Shown here: positions 26,509-32,000 of the stretch, one piece after another | Layout: each line of letters starts with the position of its first letter | Position numbering within the stretch: position 1 is the first letter of the stretch | Origin: Okeania sp. | GTDB lineage: Bacteria; Cyanobacteriota; Cyanobacteriia; Cyanobacteriales; Microcoleaceae | NCBI RefSeq assembly: GCF_035285525.1 | Contig: NZ_JAYKGW010000039.1 | Coordinates: 80,094-112,093, forward strand | Direction of reading: 5' to 3' | Length of the DNA stretch: 32,000 nucleotides | The notes under the pieces: model-generated | The model's input: the letters and a program-made list of their open reading frames with translations, nothing else | What the model was told of the DNA's origin: nothing | Databases searched by the model: none | Made by a program: the position numbers and the translations under genes

Positions 26509-27151
26509 GCGCAGCATTCCGTTGGGAATAACAGCATATCGAGTCCCTCTCAAATATTTATTCATGGTAATGATGGTAGGACAGATAATAGGTATTGCTT
26601 CTATAGCTAATTTTGGCGTGCCTTTATTTCTGGTTTTAACTATTATCGGATTTGGTATTAGTAGTGGTTGTTTTGGTACCTTATCAGCAGTATCTTTACC
26701 ACGTTTTTTTGGTAGATCTTATTTAGGTTCTATTTCTGGTTTTCAAATGATGATTCTAGTTATAGCAAGTGCAATCGGACCTTCCTTTTTAGCCATATTT
26801 AAAAATAAATTAGGTTCCTATCAACCAGGTCTTTATGGTTGTTTAATACTAGCAATTTTGATTCTGATTTTAACCTTTTTTACCAGAAACCCTCGCAAGT
26901 CTTAACAGTTATTAGTTATCAGTACGGTACCTCACACCTGTTGCTAGAAGCTTGAAACCTTATTTTTGGCTTATTACAGCAATTTCGGAGGCGCGTGAGG
27001 TACAAAATTTTATTTAGTAATTTTAGTAACACAACCTTCCAGGTTGTTACAGCCGATAAGGCTGTGTTACAGTAGAGATTAACTGTACCTCACCATCCTC
27101 AAAAGTCCTATAATAATCAAATCCGGTAGTAATCGGTAGAATCCCCTCTCC

Positions 27152-27179
27152 GTAGGGGTTTAGTCTCCAAACCCTCTAC
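27152..27179. repeat. 28-bp hairpin element (GTAGGGGTTTAGTCTCCAAACCCTCTAC)
   Basis: Its ends and length match 12259-12286 and 25018-25045. Confidence 0.7.
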
Positions 27180-27210
27180 AAACAATGTAAATATTCAAAC
27201 GGAAATGATA

Positions 27211-27768
27211 TTATTCTCGCCAATATTTGGGATCATTCATACTATCTGCACAGATAACTTTGCCTCTAAAATTTCCAATGATTGCCGGACGCAATGCTTG
27301 AACCATCCAAGCATCTGCGTTTTTTTCTGGTATGGGATAAGAAGGTTCAAACCCCAAATTACTAGCAGGTTTAAATCCATATCTTGGATAATATTTAGTA
27401 TGACCGAGAACAAAAACCAGGTCAACACCAGATTTAGATAAAATATCTAATCCATTTTCAATCAGTTTACCACCAATACTTTGTTTTTGAAGCTCAGGAA
27501 CAACCGCAATCGGACCTAAAATTGAAAGTGATAAGGAAGTCTTAGGTTCGAGAGTAGCTCTACTGAACAGAAGATGTCCTACTATTTTATCTTCTTGCAA
27601 AGAAACTAGAGAAAAAATAGGTTTAGCACTCTCGTCCCCAAGAATTTTTTGCACAATTTCAACACATTCATCTGAATCAAATGCAGCACGTTGAACAGAA
27701 AATATATCATCTAAATCTGAATCTAAAGCTTGCCTAATAATCATTACATTACTTTTGAAAATTGGCAT
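27211..27768 (-). CDS. GNAT-family N-acetyltransferase (YhbS-like)
   Basis: 185-aa ORF with an acetyl-CoA-binding-type block (VVPELQKQSIGGKLIENGL) and the C-terminal YYPRYGF motif common in this subgroup. The start may be the Met at 27744 (MIIRQA..). Confidence 0.8.
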   Translation of the reverse strand: MPIFKSNVMIIRQALDSDLDDIFSVQRAAFDSDECVEIVQKILGDESAKPIFSLVSLQEDKIVGHLLFSRATLEPKTSLSLSILGPIAVVPELQKQSIGGKLIENGLDILSKSGVDLVFVLGHTKYYPRYGFKPASNLGFEPSYPIPEKNADAWMVQALRPAIIGNFRGKVICADSMNDPKYWRE

Positions 27769-28106
27769 GATACCAACTTGATTAATTATTTACATGACTT
27801 ATATAGAATCCGGATAATTACTTTATGAAAAACTTTGTACCTTTTCACATAATTCTTTTCTTTCTGCCCCCCTTTCAAAGCTATGCTTTATAAACATCTT
27901 TCTTAACATAAAACTTGGGCATTATCGACAAGTTATGGGTAAGTTTAGAAGTTGCTTTTTTGGGAAAAAATGTATTTTTTTTATACATTTTTTTGGTGAT
28001 CGCTTAAGTATTTTTAACGATGCTACTATTATTTTTTCTTCGTGTCTCCCCCTCTCCGTATTTCCCCCTCCCCACAAGGGTTTCAAGAGTTCCTTATAAG
28101 GGATAG

Positions 28107-28219
28107 CTTTCAAAGGGGGGTTGGGGGGATTTTCTACTGTCTTCCTTGGTGTAGATGCGATAAGTATTTAACCGGATTCTTTTCTTTCTGCCCCCCTTTC
28201 AAAGGGGGGTTGGGGGGAT
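28107..28219. repeat. Two copies of the CTTTCAAAGGGGGGTTGGGGGGAT hairpin repeat (28107-28130, 28191-28219)
   Basis: Direct reading. In addition, the ~30-bp direct repeat ATTCTTTTCTTTCTGCCCCCCTTTCAAAG occurs at about 27852-27880 and about 28176-28204. Confidence 0.8.
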
Positions 28220-28235
28220 ACCTTTAATGTGCCCT

Positions 28236-29078
28236 TTATTTCTTCAACCAATTATCAACTTCAGGAAAATAGTGAAAAATACCCTCAATAATCCCTGCAC
28301 TATAATTTCCATTCATATTGAAATATCCACCTTCAGCAATATACAACGAATTATTTAAACTCATTTGACTAACTTCTGCTCTTGCTTTTTCCTTGACTTC
28401 TAAACGAGAGTTTGCTACTAAAATAGATTTAATCGGACTAATTAAAACCTCTAAATCATTACCACTATCTCCAGAAAAAACTGTATTTTCTATTTCAAAA
28501 TTTTGGTTTTTCATTAAATACTCTATAGCATATCTTTTATTAGCACTCAAAGGTAAAATATCCATTAAACCTAAATTTATTTGTTCATCAACACTCGAAA
28601 TTACATTGCATTTCAACTGTTCATTTTCTAACCTTGACTTGACTTCAGCAATAATTGCTTCTATATCCGTATCTAAACTCAGATAATAACTTAACTTATG
28701 CAAACCTTGTTTTTCAGTCTCTTGCAAACGACATTCTTTAATATCAGAAAATAAAGATACAAGATCAGACTGATTTTTAAATTGCCAATCTAGAGAAATC
28801 TTCTCATCCCATTCCTTAAGACGTAACCATCCATTATTATAACTTGTATATATACTTGCTCCCACATCAGCAACTACAAAATTAGGAAAAGGTAAATCAT
28901 ATTCAGCGATCGCCTTTTCCACCAATATCAAATCCCTGCCACTCACATAAGCAAGAGTAACTCGATTATCAGACACCAACTGACTAAATAATTTTCTAGC
29001 ATTAGCTGATTCTGGTTGTTTACCATTAGGAATCAGACTTCGATCTAAATCAGTGCAAATTAGTAATTTTTCTAACAT
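28236..29078 (-). CDS. spp: HAD-IIB sugar-phosphate phosphatase, probably sucrose-phosphate phosphatase
   Basis: 280-aa ORF with intact HAD motifs (CTDLDRSL, VSGRD, SANKR, SGDSGNDLEV). Its start codon lies 2 nt after the stop of the SPS gene. The overall layout resembles cyanobacterial SPP. Confidence 0.65.
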   Translation of the reverse strand: MLEKLLICTDLDRSLIPNGKQPESANARKLFSQLVSDNRVTLAYVSGRDLILVEKAIAEYDLPFPNFVVADVGASIYTSYNNGWLRLKEWDEKISLDWQFKNQSDLVSLFSDIKECRLQETEKQGLHKLSYYLSLDTDIEAIIAEVKSRLENEQLKCNVISSVDEQINLGLMDILPLSANKRYAIEYLMKNQNFEIENTVFSGDSGNDLEVLISPIKSILVANSRLEVKEKARAEVSQMSLNNSLYIAEGGYFNMNGNYSAGIIEGIFHYFPEVDNWLKK

Positions 29079-29080
29079 AT

Positions 29081-31216
29081 CTATTTCTCACAAAGAGCCA
29101 AAAAATTATAATAATTTAAACCATCAATAATACCCGCAGCAAACTGTTTCTCAGAAAAATAAATCGGCTCTATTTCAGTCATCTTAGAAAGTTCCTCCTG
29201 ATGACGATTTGCCACCACCACAGATAAAGTATTACCAAGCATCATATCCTCATCTGCTCCTGAACCTCCAACCGTAAGTATCCGGGTTAAAGGAATACTT
29301 CTTTGTTCAGCAATCCATCGCACTGCATAACCCTTAGAAGCTCTGACAGGTAAAATATCTAAAAATTGACCAAAAGAGAAAATCACATTCACAGTTTGTT
29401 CGTTTTGTAGCAAAATTCTTTTGATTTCTTCAATACTAGGAGCGACACTAGGATCGTAAAAATAACTAACCTTATACTTACTTTGCCTATCTTTAGGTTG
29501 TAACTCAATACCAGGGATTTCCTTTAAAAGAAAAGCCACCCTTTCTCGATTCCAGAGGTAATTAATATGATTTGTCCAAGCATCATCCCTAATTAAATCA
29601 GGGGAATAATAAATTTCTGTTCCCAGACTGGTAATCAGAATTTCTGGTTGGGGAATATGATTTTCACCCATAACTTTCAATGCAGAATCTAATCTTCTAC
29701 CTGTAGCAATACAAAAACTGATATTATTTTGATTTTCTTTCAGTATCCTCATCAACTCCTGTAAAGATTCAGGATCGCCAAGTAAATTTTCATCTATAGT
29801 CGAAACAATAGCTCCATTGTCATACATTTGAGAACGACGTTGCAAAGAAATTCTTTGTAAAGGTTCAGTTTTCTCAATTATTGATTGCAACATATTATTA
29901 TAAGTATCTACATGAGACTTCCAACTATAATGCTCTTTGACTTTTTCCACTCCATTATCAGCTAATACTCGCCATTTTTCTTGATCTTGAAGAACTCTTA
30001 AAATAGTATCGGCAATTTCTTCTAGATCTAACGGATCGATCAAGTAACCATTTTGACAATTTTTGATAATATCAATCGGACCACCATCTCTAGTTGCTAC
30101 AATAGGTAAACCACTGGCAGCAGCTTCTATCAAAGTCAGTCCAAAAGGTTCAGTTAGTGCTGGATTCACAAAAACTCCACCAGAAGTTGCAGCTAAACGA
30201 TAAACAACACCAACATCTTCTCCAGCTATAGCTTTAGGATAAGCAACCTTACCATAAAGATCGTAGAGATCGATAGTTAACAATAAATCTTTAAATATTT
30301 CCTGAGCATCTTCGTCTAAATCTGCCACATCATTTCTCGTTCCGGCAATAATAACTAAATTTCCCTTTTCTTGTAGTTGTTTAGATTCACCAAAAGCTTT
30401 GATCAAAGTCTGAATATTTTTTCTTTGATCTAAACGAGATAGAGCTAATATAATAGGTTTATGAGGCTCTTTTAAAAATCTCGCTATACTTTCAAACACC
30501 TCACTTTCCCACTCATTCCCTTCTGGAGGATAAAATTTTTCTAAATCAGTTCCAGGAGGAATAACCCGCATTTGCTTCGGATTATAATAATCATATTGAG
30601 CATATTGCTCGTTAATTTCCTGATTGGTACTCGTAATTATCCGCTCTGCTGAACTCAGTACATCTTCTTCTGCATTAATACGACGAGTCATCTTGTAGCG
30701 TTTTTCAATGACTTCCCCTTTGACTCCAGCAGCTAATAATCTTGTTCTTTTACTACGGCCTAAAGAATGACCTGTATGAATCAGAGGAATACCCAGTTGA
30801 TGAGATAATCTGACACCCACATATCCAGCATCAGCATAATGACTATGAATCACATCTGGCTTTTTTTGTTGCTGCTTCAAATAGGCGATCGCATGATCGG
30901 CAAAATTATCCAACCAATCCCATAATTCTTCCTTAGCAATATAATCATTCGCCCCAGAAGGAATACGAATAATATTCGCTTTTGAATCTAGAGTTTCAAC
31001 AGCTTGACTATAATCTTCACTTACTTGTGGATCGATTAACAATCTCGTCATCAAATCAACTCGTTTAATATCAGGATGTTGTGATAGTGCTTGAGTTAAT
31101 TCTAAAACATATTTTGTTTGACCCCCTGTATCTGGATCTCTTCCTAGTTCCAGATTCTTCCCTCGGATTAAGCCGTGAATACTAATAAGTAATATATATT
31201 TTTGATTGTTATTCAT
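29081..31216 (-). CDS. sps: Sucrose-phosphate synthase, two-domain type (GT-B glycosyltransferase + C-terminal SPP-like domain)
   Basis: The 711-aa N-terminus (KYILLISIHGLIRGKNLELGRDPDTGGQTKYVLEL) closely matches the Synechocystis-type SPS. The C-terminal ~245 aa are HAD-like with degenerate motifs (STIDENL, GGSGADED). Confidence 0.85.
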   Translation of the reverse strand: MNNNQKYILLISIHGLIRGKNLELGRDPDTGGQTKYVLELTQALSQHPDIKRVDLMTRLLIDPQVSEDYSQAVETLDSKANIIRIPSGANDYIAKEELWDWLDNFADHAIAYLKQQQKKPDVIHSHYADAGYVGVRLSHQLGIPLIHTGHSLGRSKRTRLLAAGVKGEVIEKRYKMTRRINAEEDVLSSAERIITSTNQEINEQYAQYDYYNPKQMRVIPPGTDLEKFYPPEGNEWESEVFESIARFLKEPHKPIILALSRLDQRKNIQTLIKAFGESKQLQEKGNLVIIAGTRNDVADLDEDAQEIFKDLLLTIDLYDLYGKVAYPKAIAGEDVGVVYRLAATSGGVFVNPALTEPFGLTLIEAAASGLPIVATRDGGPIDIIKNCQNGYLIDPLDLEEIADTILRVLQDQEKWRVLADNGVEKVKEHYSWKSHVDTYNNMLQSIIEKTEPLQRISLQRRSQMYDNGAIVSTIDENLLGDPESLQELMRILKENQNNISFCIATGRRLDSALKVMGENHIPQPEILITSLGTEIYYSPDLIRDDAWTNHINYLWNRERVAFLLKEIPGIELQPKDRQSKYKVSYFYDPSVAPSIEEIKRILLQNEQTVNVIFSFGQFLDILPVRASKGYAVRWIAEQRSIPLTRILTVGGSGADEDMMLGNTLSVVVANRHQEELSKMTEIEPIYFSEKQFAAGIIDGLNYYNFLALCEK

Positions 31217-31682
31217 AATAAGTTTATTATTTTAATCACAAAAAATAACTATACTTTAGTAATCTGTAAGCTTATATATTTAAGAGTTTCAAAACTTATA
31301 GGTAAAGCATAGCCTTTTGAAAGTGCAGTCTAGAACAAGTTTACAAAAACAATGTATAAACAAACACACATTGCTATACTAAAGCAAAAATCCTAACCTT
31401 CTTTACAATAAAGTGATTTGTTCTATCCTTCTGAAAAAACTTGGACTGATTAGCTAAAATATATCAAGAAGTTACCTGACATTACCAAAACAGGAATAAA
31501 TATGTCAATACACTAATACCTGAACTTACCCGGTACAAATGTACTATAAAACTATGAAACCCTTTTCAGCCGTATGATACAGCGATTATATTTTTTCGAC
31601 GTGTCTATCTAAATCGTAATATTTATTAATATATACTCAGAGAGAATATCTGCTAAATTTATAGCCATGTATCTCTTAAAAC

Positions 31683-31747
31683 TAGGACTTGAGGTTGCTT
31701 CCCTATCGGTCGTATCGGACGAAAATATGTTGTGTTGCGTAAGTCTA
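31683..31747. mobile_element. Short MITE family A variant
   Basis: TAGGACTTGAGGTTGCTTCCC...GTCGTATCGGAC...TTGCGTAAGTCT aligns to the reverse complement of 22256-22349 with an internal deletion. Confidence 0.55.
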
Positions 31748-31918
31748 AAAAAACAAAGCATCTTTCCGATATATCAGAAAAATGCTTTGTGAAAAATAAT
31801 CCTGGAATCAAGATACTTTCACATATAGTGATTACCTAAAGATTTTCGCCAGGACTATATTTTACTTCCGAATAAACCCAGAAGGCTGCATAGTATGAAA
31901 GTCAAAGTCTTGAGTTAG

Positions 31919-32000
31919 AGATCAAGTCCTCGGTCTGTTAGTATGTCTAGGCTCCATACATTGCTGCACTTCCACCTAACACCTATTAACGGGTCGTCTT
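31919..32000 (-). rRNA. rrl: 23S rRNA gene, 3'-terminal ~80 nt (partial, runs off the window)
   Basis: The plus strand AAGTCCTCGGTCTGTTAGTA...CTGCACTTCCACCTAACACCTATTAACGGGTCGTCTT aligns by recall to the reverse complement of the E. coli 23S 3' end (AAGCCTCACGGTTCATTAGTA...CCTATCAACGTCGTCGTCTT). Confidence 0.75.

Larger units (their letters stand above)
25095..26512 (-). mobile_element. TnpB-only insertion sequence (IS200/IS605 family, IS1341-like group); ends approximate
   Basis: It contains a single tnpB-type gene and no tnpA. A subterminal hairpin lies at 26479-26508 upstream of tnpB. It is bounded by the two MFS fragments. Confidence 0.6.
24566..26905 (+). pseudogene. MFS transporter gene disrupted by a MITE and a TnpB-only IS
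   Basis: The N-terminal fragment (24566 to about 25100, about 4 TM helices) reads into the MITE at 24982 and terminates at 25019-25021. The C-terminal fragment (about 26512-26905, about 4 TM helices, ending ..FFTRNPRKS) resumes after the IS. Together they give about 280 aa, against the roughly 400 aa and 12 TM usual for MFS. Confidence 0.65.

Noticed and set aside
27205-27441. 78-aa plus-strand and 63-aa minus-strand ORFs
   Set aside because: They overlap the GNAT gene antisense or out of frame.
27922-28227. 63-aa (minus) and 61-aa (plus) ORFs
   Set aside because: They are composed of the G/C hairpin repeats (GGGGGGTTGGGGGGAT and similar), so they are repeat-derived frames.
28393-28686. 97-aa plus-strand ORF
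   Set aside because: It is antisense to the HAD phosphatase gene.
31780-31918. Expected 5S rRNA gene downstream of the 23S gene
   Set aside because: No match to the conserved 5S core was found by eye on the minus strand. This is reported as a finding, not a feature.

Overview
This is a low-GC cyanobacterial chromosome segment, very likely from a heterocyst-forming (Nostocales-type) genome. The evidence is HIP1 octamers (GCGATCGC at 1729-1736, 2433-2440, 6176-6183 and others), AT-rich heptamer (STRR-like) arrays, and the gene content. The core is a complete beta-carboxysome locus on the minus strand: ccmK2-ccmK1-ccmL-ccmM-[low-MW phosphatase]-ccmN-ccmO, running from 19534 down to 12554. It diverges from an ndhF3-type CO2-uptake gene (20157-22001) that has no ndhD3/cupA partners downstream. 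Other genes are dprA, a three-gene vapBC-like cassette, a membrane P-loop GTPase, an RTX-repeat protein, a membrane-anchored WD40 protein, a ferric-reductase-like membrane protein, an AbrB-family membrane protein, a GNAT acetyltransferase, a translationally coupled two-domain sucrose-phosphate synthase plus HAD phosphatase pair, and the 3' end of a 23S rRNA gene at the window edge. By my tally about one third of the window is non-coding. That fraction is saturated with small mobile or dispersed repeats, chiefly a MITE family with CAGGACTTACGCA termini and clear 5-bp target-site duplications (at least 14 copies, several nested), GTAGGGG...CCCCTAC hairpin elements, and a 106/120-bp element present as an inverted pair. 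There are four decayed genes: a vWA-like remnant, a 5'-truncated PhoX/DUF839-like gene, an MFS transporter hit by both a MITE and a TnpB-only IS, and the tnpB itself, which carries one in-frame TAA. I found no CRISPR array, tRNA or recognisable defence island. The most unusual points are the phosphatase gene inside the ccm operon, a 5 x 23-aa tandem-repeat linker in CcmN, the orphan ndhF3, and the active-looking MITE family that has remodelled gene ends.
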